Positions 37,601 to 49,441 are shown, counted from the stretch's first letter. The stretch: 64,000 bases of DNA from Octopus sinensis (GCF_006345805.1 NW_021831985.1:186001-250000), one strand, 5' to 3'. Program-made: numbers and translations. Notes: generated from the letters alone by a model not told the origin.

Positions 37601-40024
37601 TCCTTTGAATAATACTTTGCATTCTTCCTGTGTCCTTTCAGTTTCATTCTTCCTGTGTCTTTTCAGTTTCAGACTTATTCTTCGAATAATACTTTGCATT
37701 CTTCCTGTGTCCTTTTAGTTTCAGACTTCTTATCCTTTGAATAATACTTTGCATTCTTCCTGTGTCCTTTCAGTTTCAGACTTATCCTTCGAATAATATT
37801 TTGCATTCTTCCTGTGTCCTTTCAGTTTCAGACTTATCCTTTGAATAATGCTTTGCATTCTTCCTGTGTCCTTTTAGTTTCAGACTGAATGATAGAGTGG
37901 GGAAGAAGACGATCGACATGATGCAGGAAGTATTGGTCGGAGTAGGAGCAGAGGACCCAGTGAGGGGCAGCTGGTATGTTCCCAAATCAAAGAGCGGGAT
38001 TGTATGGTGTGACGCCAGTAGCATCACAACAGAGGTTGTCTTAGAAGTGGGAGGTGTAATGGTGGAAGATGCAGCCTGGCTCAGGAAGACGGATGACTGC
38101 AATCATATCAATGTGGCGGAGTTGGATGCCGTGTTGAAGGGGGTGAACCTAGCCTTAACTTTGGGGTTGCACACCATAGAAATCAGGACTGATTCGGCCA
38201 CTGTACTTGGTTGGGTGACAGCAGTCATCACCAATGAGTGGAGTGTGCGGACCAAAGGGGCTGCAGAGATACTGGTAAAGCGTCGATTGGGAATACTGTG
38301 TGAACTAACCACTGAGTTCAATCTGAAGCTGAGCGTGATCTTTGTGCCTTCCAAGAACAGGGCAGACGTCCTGACCAGGGTAAAGTGAGCCTGGTTGCAG
38401 GTGCCAGAGGATGTGAAGCAGGCTGTAGCTGCAGTATGCCGTCTGAGTGACTCAGAGTTGAGGAGACTGCATACCATGCATCACATGGGTGTGGACAGGA
38501 CAGGACATTGTTCATAGCCAGAAAAGTTGGCTCCGATGTAACAAGACAGAGCATGCAGAGAGTGGTTAGCAGTTGTGACAGGTGCCAGTCCATCGACCCT
38601 GCTCCGGGCGTACATGAAGCGGGAAGTATTCCAGTGGACCATGACTGGAAACGACTGGCGGTGGGCATAACACACTACCGGCAGGGGACATACCTCTCAA
38701 TAGTTGACTGCGGACCGGGGCGGTTGGCCATATGGAGGGAGATGAAGATGGGGACTGCAGAAGAAATTGCGAAAGTATTGAATGAGATATTCCTGGAACG
38801 AAGCCCCGTGGATGAACTGCTTCTGGATAATGGCACTGCATTTCGCTTGGATGTGCTGAAAGAAATGCTTGATGGGTGGAAGGTCAACCGCTTCTTCAGG
38901 GCGGCATACCGGCCAAGTGGAAATGGGGTGGTGGAAAGGCATCATCGTACAATCAAGGCCATGGCAGAGTGGGGTCACATTTCACCAATCGAGGCTGTAT
39001 TTTGGTACAATATGTCGCCCAGATCAGGACAGGCTGAGGAGTCGGTGCCACACAGGGCGATATTCAGGTACGAGTGGAGGCACCCGTGTACTGCATCAAT
39101 GTGACCTGGGGCAGAGGAAGAGCACGCCTTTCAGTTTCAGACTTATCCTTCGAATATTACTTTGCATTCTTCCTGTGTCCTTTCAATTTCAGACTTATCC
39201 TTCGAATAATGCTTTGCATTCTTCCTGTGTCCTTTCAGTTTCAGACTTATCCTTCAAATAATTCTTTGCATTCTTCCTGTGTCCTTTCAGTTTCAGACTT
39301 ATCCTTCGAATAATACTTTGCATTCTTCCTGTGTCCTTTCAGTTTCAGACTTATCCTTTGAATAATACTTTGCATTCTTCCTGTGTCATTTCAGTTTCAG
39401 ACTTATCCTTCGAATAATACTTTGCATTCTTCCTGTGTCCTTTCAGTTTCAAACTTATCCTTCGAATAATACTTTGCATTCTTCCTGTGTCCTTTCAGTT
39501 TCAGACTTATCCTTCGGATAATATTTTGCATTCTTCCTGTGTCCTTTCAGTTTCAGACTTATCCTTCAAATAATACTTTGCATTCTTCCTGTGTCCTTTC
39601 AGTTTCAGACTTATCCTTCGAATAATGCTTTGCATTCTTCCCCTACCCTTTCAGTTTCAGACTTATCCTTCGAATAATATTTTGCATTCTTCCTGTGTCC
39701 TTTCAGTTTCAGACTTATCCTTTGAATAATGCTTTGCATTCTTCCTGTGTCCTTTCAGTTTCAGACTTATCCTTCGAATAATATTTTGCATTCTTCCTGT
39801 GTCCTTTCGTTTTCAGACTTATCCTTCGAATAATACTTTGCATTCTTCCTGTGCCCTTTCAGTTTCATTCTTCCTGTGTCCTTTCAGTTTCAGACTTATC
39901 CTTCGAATAATACTTTGCATTCTTCCTGTGTCCTTTCAGTTTCAGACTTATCCTTCGAATAATACTTTGCATTCTTCCTGTGTCCTTTCAGTTTCAGACT
40001 TATCCTTCGAATAATACTTTGCAT
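31667..40024. repeat. Satellite array of a 52-bp unit (cattcttcctgtgtcctttcagtttcagacttatccttcgaataatactttg) with interspersed 25-bp subunits and a 2.2-kb higher-order duplication; interrupted at 37887-39126
   Basis: Directly visible; about 7.1 kb of repeat, roughly 135 52-bp equivalents by arithmetic. Confidence 0.97.
37887..39126 (+). mobile_element. Ty3/Gypsy LTR retrotransposon pol fragment (RNase H + integrase), no LTRs, pseudogenised
   Basis: RNase H WCDASS..NHINVAELDAVLKG..TDS; integrase HH(MG)..CDRC zinc finger and core IVDCG..LLDNGTAF..GNGVVERHHRTIK; stop at ~38386 and a frameshift at ~38500. Confidence 0.9.
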
Positions 40025-40228
40025 GCATTATTGAAGGGTTTAAAGAATCATTTGTGTCAGCATTGTTGTCATCATAACCGATTCTGAATAAGTAATACTG
40101 ACATGATCACTTTCGTTATCATCTTCAGGAAAAGAAGATTCATCACAAATAATTTTTTCCCATTCTTTATGTAAGCTGGATAACGATTGTGAAATCTCTT
40201 CAAGGCTTAGCCTTTGATGCTTTGATAT
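40025..40228 (-). pseudogene. piggyBac transposase acidic N-terminus, upstream of the satellite
   Basis: (M>I)SKHQRLSLEEISQSLSSLHKEWEKIICDESSFPEDDNESDHVSITYSES, one frameshift, then GYDDNNADTNDSLNPSIMHAK running straight into the repeat unit YYSKDKSETERTQEEC. Possible TTAA|CCTTT 5' terminus at 40541-40545. Confidence 0.7.
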
Positions 40229-40599
40229 GTCATGGAAGGATTACAACTATAAAACCAAAGGACAAATGAATAGTTGGCAATCTGTCACTTTTATACTTGT
40301 TGATTTATGTTTCATTATTCCTTCAAGGATGATGCAATACTAATTGTTTGTTTCATAAAGATGATGCACTAAATAGTAATATTGCATCACCTTCAGATGT
40401 CTTAGTAAATGTTATTAGAGATCTTTGTAAAACATTATGGGATGAGGTTGTGAAAGCTGACCTCAAGATGCTGAGAAATGTGTTGTTATTGGCAAGCTGT
40501 TCTTGTGTAATTTATTTTATTGATACCTGTTGGATCAAAGGTTAAACTGACTTTTGTGGGATTTGAACTCACAATGCAGAGGAACATAACTAAACAGAA

Positions 40600-40870
40600 C
40601 AAAGCATTTAGTCTGGCGCTCCATCCATAGGCAGAATTTTTGGAACAACAGTCCTTCAAAGTTCCATACCTCATGGAAAAGGAAAAGTGAGGTGGGCAGG
40701 TTTCCTTCATTTTGTTTTTAATCTTTTTTTTTTGTTTTATACATTTGAGAGGAGGTGAGATAAGCTCAGCAAGCTGCAGGGAGCAGAGGCCATATAATAG
40801 CAGTAGAAATGGCAGAAAGAGGGAACACAGAATGTCTGGGTATCTGAGGGTGGAGCACATCTGTAAGTAA
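40600..40870 (-). mobile_element. CR1/Jockey-group LINE 3' remnant
   Basis: LLYGLCSLQLAELISPPL and LPTSLF..WNFEGLLFQK resemble the RT C-terminal Y.G.CS.ELA.L+PPPL and LP.S+FP motifs. Confidence 0.4.
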
Positions 40871-40947
40871 CTTAATAGTTAATCTGTCGGTTAGCCAAAG
40901 CATTGGGAGTAAAATTGGTTAAATAGAAACTGTGTGGAACTGTGTAG

Positions 40948-41547
40948 AAGGCAGTGAGATGGCAGAAACATTAGCACGCCGAGTGAAATGCTTAGCGGTA
41001 TTCGTCTGCCGCTATGTTCTGAGTTCAAATTCTGCCGAGGTCGACTTTATCTTTCATCCTTTCGGGGTCAATAAATTAAGTACCAGTAACGCACTGGGGT
41101 CAATGTAATCGACTTAATCCCTTTATCTGAACTTGTTTGTCCCTCCATGTTTAGCCCCTAGTGGGTAGTAAAGAAATAGGTATTTCTTCTGCCGCTATGT
41201 TCTGAGTTCAAATTCCACCGAGGTCGACTTTGCCTTTCATCCTTTCGGGGTCGATTAGATAAGTACCAGTTACACACTGGGGTCAATATAATCAACTTAA
41301 TCCATTTGTCTGTCCTTGTTTGTCCCCTCTATGTTTAGCCCCTTGTGGGTAGTAAAGAAATAGGTATTTCTTCTGCTGCTATGTTCTGAGTTAAAATTCC
41401 ACCAAGGTCGACTTTGCCTTTCATCCTTTCGGGGGTCGATTAAATAAGTACCAGTTATGCACTGGGGTTGATATAATCGAATTAATCCATTTGTCTTTCC
41501 TTGTTTGTCCCCTCTGTGTGTAGCCCCTTGTGGGCAGTAAAGAAATA
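40948..41547 (+). mobile_element. SINE family 1 trimer
   Basis: Units restart at ggtatttc at 41179 and 41363; aactgtgtggaac on both flanks (40928, 41551). Confidence 0.85.
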
Positions 41548-41827
41548 CGCAACTGTGTGGAACCCTGCCAAATGAAGTACAACTAATTCAAAGAGCCAAC
41601 CTAGTCTCACATCAAATATGTAACCAATAAGGAGGAATGAAGAAATCTGTGACCCACAGCTCCCTATCAATAGAATTATTAATCTAATATTTAGTTTAAT
41701 TTTGTTGTGATTTTCCACAATTTATTCAGCGAATGGTGTATTTTTCTTAATAGTTGAGAAACATTCGGTTGAAACTCTGACTATGTCCATCACGTGTCAC
41801 ACAGATTCTGTCCCAGAATTACATTAA

Positions 41828-42047
41828 CCCTTTCGTTACCAACCCGGCTGAAACCGGCTCTGGCTCTGAGTGCAAATGCCTTGTTTCCATAAGTTTTGAA
41901 TTAAAATCTTCCACCAAACCTTTGTCACAATTTATGTTTCTAAAACTAGCTGAATGATAACTAAGTTATTTTACTAAATTCTTTATTTTATTTAAAGTAA
42001 TTGAAAGAAACACAGAGCATCTCAAAATAAATACAGTAACGAAAGGG
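41828..42047. mobile_element. piggyBac-type MITE with TTAA TSD
   Basis: TTAA|ccctttcgttac ... gtaacgaaaggg|TTAA. Confidence 0.85.
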
Positions 42048-42573
42048 TTAAGGCCACATATATCTATGGAATACTAAGCCAAATTACACTATAGTTAGGT
42101 CCTGGACCTGTAATTAAAAGGCCTAGCCATGTCACACTGGGTTGTACTGATTCTACTTATGGATTATGCTGTGGGTACATGTGTGCTGTGGTATACTCAA
42201 CCAGTTATATGTTAATATGTGTAACCATAGGACAGCAAGCTGACAAAATAATTAGCACACTGGGCAAAATGCTTTACATTCTGAGTTCAAGTTCTGCTTA
42301 GGTTGACTTTGCCTTTCATCCTTTAAGGGTTTATAAGATAAGGACCAGCTGAATGTATAACCAGTTCAGTTGATCATACAACTGAAATGATCATCCTAGA
42401 AACAGATGAAGATCCATTTCCTTTGATTTTTGTTTACTTATACTCATCATCAAATGTGCCAATGAGGTAATCTCTGTATGGATGTTCAATTTGCTAGAAA
42501 TAACAGCCAAATCTCCTTCACACTATGCTCTAACATTTTAAAAATGAAGGACACATTAAATAATGTTGTCCTA

Positions 42574-42742
42574 TAGGCATAGGAGTGGCTGTGTGGTAAG
42601 TAGCTTGCTTACCAACCGCATGGTTCTGGGTTCAGTCCCACTGTGTGGCACGTTGGGCAAGTGTTTTCTACTATAGCCTTGGGCCGACCAAAGCCTCATT
42701 AGTGGATTTGGTAGACGGAAACTGAAAGAAGCCCGTTGTATA

Positions 42743-42808
<66 letters not shown>

Positions 42809-43020
42809 ATGTTTGTGTGCCTGTGTTTGTTCCCCAACATTGCTTGACAACCGATGCTGGTGTGTTTACGTTCCCGTAACTTAGCGGTTTGGCTAAAGAG
42901 TTTCAGACTTATCAGAATAAGTACTACGCTTCCAAAGAATAAGTCCTGGGGGTCGATTTGTGTGAATAAAGGCGGTGCTCCAGTATGGCCACAGTCAAAT
43001 GACTGAAACAAGTAAAAGAG
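42574..43020 (+). mobile_element. SINE family 2, full length, with internal (TA)n/(TG)n
   Basis: tRNA-like head (A-box-like tggctgtgtggtaag, B-box-like gggttcagtccc), CORE-like ttgggcaagtg, central microsatellite, 3' ..tgactgaaacaagtaaaagag. Confidence 0.85.
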
Positions 43021-43429
43021 AATAAAAAAGAGAATTACAAGCAAAACATGTGGCTGAAGTGAATCTCATAGTGTGAAGAATAAACACAATGTGCTGTTGT
43101 CATGGTAACTAGCTGTTAATGCCTCGCTGTCTGTTGATTGGCTAAAATTACCCAAATTTTCCCAACTTTAATTCCAAATAGCATCAGGTTCTTTAATTTA
43201 CGAGATAAAGTAATTAGTTGAACATAATCACAATTCAGAACTGCATCGATACACCCAAATTAAAAAACAATCTGAACAAAATTGAAGGGGGCTGATTTTG
43301 TGAATGAAACAGACTAAATCCATTGTCACTATTCTATATTTATGATTTTGCACGTGTGCATTTTTAAAAAAATATTTTGTTGACTACACAGTATAGTAGG
43401 GTCAACTGGGCACCATCTGTAAGAAAAAC

Positions 43430-44377
43430 AACACCATGACACAATTCACTCTTCCAGAAATTTGGAAACAACATGATGTACTGCTTGGCTTTCATGCCGG
43501 AATCTCAAATATAAACAGATGGTGAACACACAGAACAACCATTGGCTTGCCTTGTCCCCAAAACATGTACCGAGAGTGATAAAAATCAAACATCCAGTCA
43601 GCATCATGGTGTTTGGAGTGATCACTAGTGATGAAGATGTTATGCCACCATTCATCTTTCCACATGGCCTCACACTCAACTTGGTGGCCTATATCAAGTG
43701 CCTGGGGGAGGTAGTGCTGCCCTGCGTCAAGAGGGTGACTGCTGCACAAGCAGGAGAACCCAGTCATGGCTGTCTGACAATTTCTGCGACCACATCACCC
43801 CTAACATCTGGCCACCTAACTCACCAGACTGCAATCCACTTGATTATTATGTGTTGGTCACAATTGAATGAAAGACCAACAAAACTCTTTGCAACACCAA
43901 AAAAGAATTGAAGGCAAGGATTATGGCAGCATTCACCAACTTAACCCTTTAGTGTTTAAACCGGCCATATCCTGCCAAAATATTCTACCTATTTTATGTT
44001 CAAACTAGTCAGATATGGTCATTCATAGCTACCTTATTGTGTCATTTTAAAAATAAGCAATCACATCATTGAAATCTCAAAGTCATGAAATGATGCAAGA
44101 TGAATTTTACATAGTGTGAATACATAAGCTTTACATTTGACAGAATAATCTGAATGCTAAAGGGTTAAACAAGGAGACTGTCCAGAAGAGTTGGATGAAA
44201 TTCTGAAGTCATTTGGAGGCCATGGTTGATGCCAATGGCGATTTTATTGAATAAATTTACTCTTTAGTATTTCAAGACATTTTTATGTAATTTTGGTAAA
44301 TATATCTGTTGAAATGTGATGTCAGCGTTATTTTCATTTTTACATAATTTACATGGCAGTTAATTCACTGCTTCCTG
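43430..44377 (+). mobile_element. maT/DD37D-type Tc1-mariner transposase remnant, interrupted by a MITE
   Basis: NTQNNHWLA..KHPVSIMVFGVITSD.DVMPPFIFPHGL; WPPNSPDCNPLDYY; FTN|LNKET split by the TTAA MITE. Confidence 0.8.
43945..44164. mobile_element. piggyBac-type MITE (TTAA TSD) nested in the maT element
   Basis: TTAA|ccctttagtg...gctaaaggg|TTAA; removing it restores ttcaccaacttaaacaaggagact. Confidence 0.9.
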
Positions 44378-44545
44378 CATATATTAATATATCCTTTAGT
44401 TCGTTTACAAGAAACATTTTGAACATATAAAAACTCCTGTTTTATTATGCAACATTAAGCTACAGCCTAATGATATCAACTGGAAAACCAGTTATTTGGG
44501 GTTGCACCGTGCTGTGCCGATATAATGTAGGATAAATATAGTAAC

Positions 44546-44583
<38 letters not shown>

Positions 44584-45029
44584 TCCATGGATGGAATTTA
44601 TAAATATTTTAATGCATCGCTATGCCATTTCCACAAATCACATTTTCCTTAAATTCTGACTACACACACACATAAATTATATACTATCATCACTTAACAA
44701 CCGTTTTCCATACCGGAATGTGTTGAACAGTTTGGTTAGATCTGGTAAGGTATGGGGCTGTGCAACACCACAGTGTCAGCTTTGGCATGTTTTCTACAAC
44801 TGGATACCCTTCCTAATGCCAACCACCTTACAGTCTGTTCTTGGTACTTTTATTTTTTTTCGTGTCACTGGCATGAGACCATGAGGCAGTTTGAATTACA
44901 GGAGATTAAGAGAATGTAAAAATTTTGTAGCTTACTGCACAAGCAATAAAATTAAGAAAATATACTCCAGTTTAAACAAGGTGATTGTACAAAAGTGGTT
45001 CTCAACTATTTAAAAAAAAATTTGTTTTA

Positions 45030-45175
45030 ATATATTTGTCTGCATGTGTTTATTTTATGTGTATTTCAGTATTATGTATACCTGTCATGTATTTGTATAC
45101 ATCATTAATATATAAGTGCATGTGTGTGTGTGAGAAAGAGTAACGTTTTCATGCTTAGATTTGTAAACTACGATA
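45030..45175 (-). mobile_element. Second fragment of the piggyBac family seen at 31140-31440
   Basis: Shares atttcagtattatgt..acctg(c/t)catgtatttg and gagtaac(a/g)ttttcatgctt(g/a)gatttgtaaacta (VYKSKHENVT). Confidence 0.65.
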
Positions 45176-45660
45176 GGAATAAAACTGGTCAACAAAGAAT
45201 TTGTCCCAAGAAAAGAAATGCCTGTATGTTATATGTTTTTGCATGCAAAATTCAAAGATAATGTCACATTATCTGTACAAAGTTCACATATTCCATTCAC
45301 ATTCATAATGCTGAGAAACTGTGTAAACATCGCAAATAACTTTTGTTATATATGAAAAATATGTAAAATATTAAGACAATTGACGAAAAATATCTATAAT
45401 AAAATTTTAATTGATAAATATAAATTTTTATTAAAACAAAACATGCCGACGAAGTAAATCTCGAGGTGTGAAGAATTAAAACATGTGGGTGAAACACAAT
45501 ACATGTGATTGTCATGGTAACAAGCAGTTAATGCCTTGCTGTCTGTTGATTGGCTAATATTACCCAAATTTCCCAACTTTAATTCCAAATAACATCAGAT
45601 TCTTTAATTTACGAGATAAAGTAATTGGTTGATTGTAATCAAAATTCAGTGTTGCATTAA

Positions 45661-45881
45661 CCCTTTAGCATTTAAACCGGCCATATCCGGCCAAAAGTAT
45701 TCTGCCTGTTTTATGTTCAAAATGGCCAGATCTGGTCTCTCACACCAACCCTACAATATCGTTTTAAAAATTAACAGCTACCTCATCAAAATCTCACAGC
45801 TACAAGATAATGCATGATTAGTTCAAAACAATGTGGATAAAGAAGCATTAATTTTGGCAGAATAATGCGAACACTAAAGGG
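45661..45881. mobile_element. piggyBac-type MITE (same family as 43945), nested in an unclassified repeat also present at ~43080-43330
   Basis: TTAA|ccctttagca...actaaaggg|TTAA; the empty-site sequence matches the 43235-43280 copy. Confidence 0.85.
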
Positions 45882-46116
45882 TTAATACACAAAAATTAAA
45901 AGCAATCTGAGCAAAATTAAAGCAGGATCCTTTTGCAAATGAGAAAGACTAAATCCAATATTTCTTTCAAAATTCCTATTTTGTTTTTTGTTCATTCATT
46001 TAAGTTTGCAATGGCACTCTGCCTGTGAACGTTTCAGTGACCAGAATTATGTTAAACTGTGTAAAACATTAGAGAAAGAAACGAAGCTGTTACTTTCAAC
46101 AAATATATCTAATATA

Positions 46117-47780
46117 CACTACCATCAGAAATTAATTAGCACCCTTGATTTGCTCTTCACTCAAGGTATTTGCTGTCACCTAGTGGCCATATCTCGAACT
46201 ATTGCTTTGTTGTGAGTTCACTGTTGCGCAGAACGATGACGTAACTTTGTTTGCAGAGCAGTTTGAGAGTCTACAGCCTAATGATGTTGACATAGCAGTG
46301 CAACAACAACTTGGAGTGCGGATGCAGACAAATCTTCCTTTGTTTAATAGATATAGGTAGCGCCTCGCAAGGACCGAAATCACACCGTACTAAGTTTTCT
46401 CATCGCGTAAGACGTTTTGAACAGCTCGTAGGTTAATTGATTTGTGTATTTGCAAGATTTTTTTTCCTCACAAATTCTCCTACACTCTGCTTGATGATGT
46501 CACTTCCGGTTCACAAAACTTTCTGTTATACATCAAATAAGGTGAGAAATTCTGCTTTCTTTCTTTTTTGTTTAATGAATAATAACTCATAGCAGTTTTG
46601 TTATAGCATAACATTATTCAAATGAATAGTTTTAATGAAAATAACTGGTTTTTATCGTTCATTCCTAGATGGGCCCAAGACCTCGCATGATCTTGGAGAG
46701 ACGGTACGAGGCTCTCTCGTGGCGTGGGAAGCTGTCGGAGGCTGCAATAGCCAGAAAACTTGGTGTAGCCAGGCGCACAATTCAGTGCTTATTTAAGAAA
46801 TATGAAGAAACCGGATCAGCAGCTGACAAAAAGGGTAGGGGACGGAAGAGGCTGACGACCCAGCGGGAGGACCGGATGCTGATCCGAAAGTTACTGTACA
46901 ACCGAAGGGCAACGAGCCAGCAACTGGCGGAGGAGATGCAAAAGATGACAGGGAAGCAGTTGTCTACAACTACCGTCAAGACCAGATTACTGGAAGCTGG
47001 TCTAAAATCCTGTAGGGCCGCTCCTTACAGCCCACAAGACATGGACTGTGCAGCAGTAGTGGACAGTGATGTTCACTGACGAGTCGCAATTCAGTCTCGT
47101 CAGTGACAAGCCTGTCCATGTGCGACACCGCAGGGGTGAGCGCTTCAACAAAGACTGCATTGCTCCCACCATGAAGCATGGTGGGGGTGGTCTGATGGTG
47201 TGAGGGGCGTTCAGCTACAGTGGTGTTGGGCGGCTCTATGCCGTCGAAGGCAACATCAACGCAGCAAAGTACGTTGAGATAGTACGGGATACCTCTTTGG
47301 TGGCGAGGAGTACGTGCTCCAGCAGGACAACGCGCCTTCCCACACAGCGAAGCTCACAACCAGTTTCGTCAAGGACCATGGGGTGACGGTCATGGACTGG
47401 CCTGGCCAGTCACCTGACCTGAACCCTATTGAGAACCTCTGGAGTCGATTGGGTAGGGATTTGAATGTGCAGCAATACAGGAACCGACACAAGCTGTTTG
47501 GGGCACTTCTTGCTGCATGGAAGGCCATCCCTGCACAGTACCTGCAGGCACTCATAGACAGCATGCCGACCCGCATAGCAGCTGTCATTGCTGCCAAAGG
47601 AGGAGCAACAAGATATTGACTAAATTTCACGATTAATAACAATTATGTGGTGTGCTGGGATATGTTTTAATAAATTTTTGATTAAAAACGAGTTCGTTTC
47701 TGATAATAAGTTAATTAAATTAAGAAAATGTAAGAAAATGTAGAAATTTGAGAAGTGCTAATTAATTTCCGACGCAAGTG
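46117..47780 (+). mobile_element. Tc1-like DD34E transposon, 1.66 kb, relatively young but internally deleted
   Basis: TIRs cactaccatcagaaattaattagcac / gtgctaattaatttccgacgcaagtg with TA flanks. Confidence 0.9.
46669..47619 (+). pseudogene. Tc1 transposase pseudogene
   Basis: Paired-like HTH (AIARKLGVARRTIQ), GRGRKR AT-hook, FTDES, QQDNAPSH, SPDLNPIENLW with D-E spacing 34; deletions, frameshifts and stops. Confidence 0.9.
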
Positions 47781-47786
47781 TATCTA

Positions 47787-48162
47787 TAGGCACAGGAGTG
47801 GCTGTGTGGTAAGTAGCTTGCTTACGAACCACATGTTTTCTGGGTTCAGTCCCATTGTGTGGAACCTTGGGCAAATGTCTTCTACTATAGCCTCGGGCCG
47901 ACCAAAGCCTTGTGAGTGGATTTGGTAGACGGAAACTGAAAGAAGCCTGTCGTATATATGTATATATCTATATATATATAACAGGAAGGTTTATGAAAAT
48001 AAACAAAAGACGAAGGCAGGTGGAGTACAAACAAATAATGTATTAGTATGGTGCTCAGGAATAGAAATAAAACAAGTCTTTTACGTTTCGAGCCTACGCT
48101 CTTCAACAGAAAGATACACTGAAAAGAAACAAGGAGAGAAAAAAATTGCATGTAGGAGCTAA

Positions 48163-48207
<45 letters not shown>

Positions 48208-48420
48208 TGTATATGTTTGTGTGTCTCTGTTTGTCCTCACAACATTGCTTGACAGCCGATGCTGGTGTGTTTACGTCCCTGTAACTTAGCGGTTCTGCAA
48301 AAGAGACCAATAGAATAAGTACTAAACTTATGAAGAATAAGTCCTGGGGTTGATTTGCTCAACTAAAGGCGGTGCTCCAGCATGGCCACATTCAAATGAC
48401 TGAAACAAGTAAAAGAGTAA
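47787..48420 (+). mobile_element. SINE family 2 with a Penelope-like fragment inserted in its (TA)n (~47980-48165)
   Basis: Same consensus as 42574; extra internal block carrying a hammerhead-like motif. Confidence 0.8.
48078..48116 (-). ncRNA. Minimal type I hammerhead ribozyme-like motif (non-canonical core)
   Basis: tcttt-CTGTTGA-a-gagc-gtag-gctc-GAAA-c-GTA-aaaga: 5-bp stem I, 4-bp stem II, loopless stem III; A6>U deviation. Confidence 0.45.
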
Positions 48421-48859
48421 AGCTAATTTTTTTTTCATACACCCTTAAAATACATATGCCTATTCCCACTTTATTATTTTGCTTTGCATGGATCCCCAGA
48501 AATCTTACGTGGACTCCCAGGGTTCACATGGACCCAGGTTGAAAACCACTAGTATAAAACAACACCAGCAACAACCCCTGACCTTGACCATGGAAGTCAA
48601 GTGAAATAGACTGGATGAAAAATCAAACAAAGAAACCTTTATGTCAAGCATAGATAACTTTTTTTTTTCTCTGGTAAAGAGTACAGAAAAGAAAATTTAA
48701 TCTGTAATAAATTGTTGCTGTTGCCATTTAACTCCAGGCTAATCTAATCCAACAAACACTAGTAAGGTTGCCAAGTAAGTTGTGAGACAGAACAGAAAGG
48801 AGAAAAGCCTCTGTGACTAAGTTGGTAGGGAGAGGGAGGTGGATTTATGCCAGGTGCTG

Positions 48860-49440
48860 AAAGGCTAAAATGTCAAAGAGAGACAAGGGCAGGTGTCTTG
48901 CCATAGAGGAGATACATGGCTGTCCCAAATTGTACAAGGAAGGGTGAGTAGTAGTAATGGGGAAGAAGATGAAGACAAAGACAGTAGTGATAGGGAGCCA
49001 GAGTAATCTCAAGGTACAAGATGGTGAGTATAAGACAGGACAGGGACAATGGGTCAGGGGACGGGGGTGGGGGGAGAGGGGGGATGATTAGTTTCAAAAG
49101 AGTGTGAAGGGAGAGTAACAAATGGTTTAGAGATAGGAGCAGATGGGAATGTATTGAATGACAGACAAAAGTGAAGGTGTGGTTGGTGGGAAATATCAGT
49201 GTGGGGGAGGTGAGAGAGAAAACAGTGACTGGGAAAGGAGGACAGAAGCTAAATTTCTGGGGTGGTGGGAAGAATGAAGGAGTGGGGTACATAAGGGTAT
49301 GTAGAGTAAGTGGAGCATGACCTGCAGATATGAGAGTGTGATGAGAATGAGAGCAGATATGCAAGGTGGTAAGATGGAGTATGGTAGAGAAGAGAGATAG
49401 AGATATCAGAATGGTGATGTTCAATGAGAATATTGTAGGA
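48860..49440 (-). mobile_element. Highly decayed Jockey/CR1-group LINE remnant
   Basis: Purine-skewed block; minus translation ..TILHLTTLHI..GHAPLTL..PPQK resembles the LINE post-endonuclease region. Confidence 0.35.
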
Positions 49441-49441
49441 A

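Noticed and set aside
31667-40024. Array as a CRISPR locus or as a repetitive protein gene
   Set aside because: No unique spacers and no cas genes, in a eukaryotic context. The 52- and 25-bp units are not multiples of 3, so the listed ORFs are short chance read-throughs.
40750-40870. Plus-strand exon candidate (T-rich acceptor, catct|gtaagt donor)
   Set aside because: The peptide is unrecognisable; the minus strand fits a LINE remnant better.
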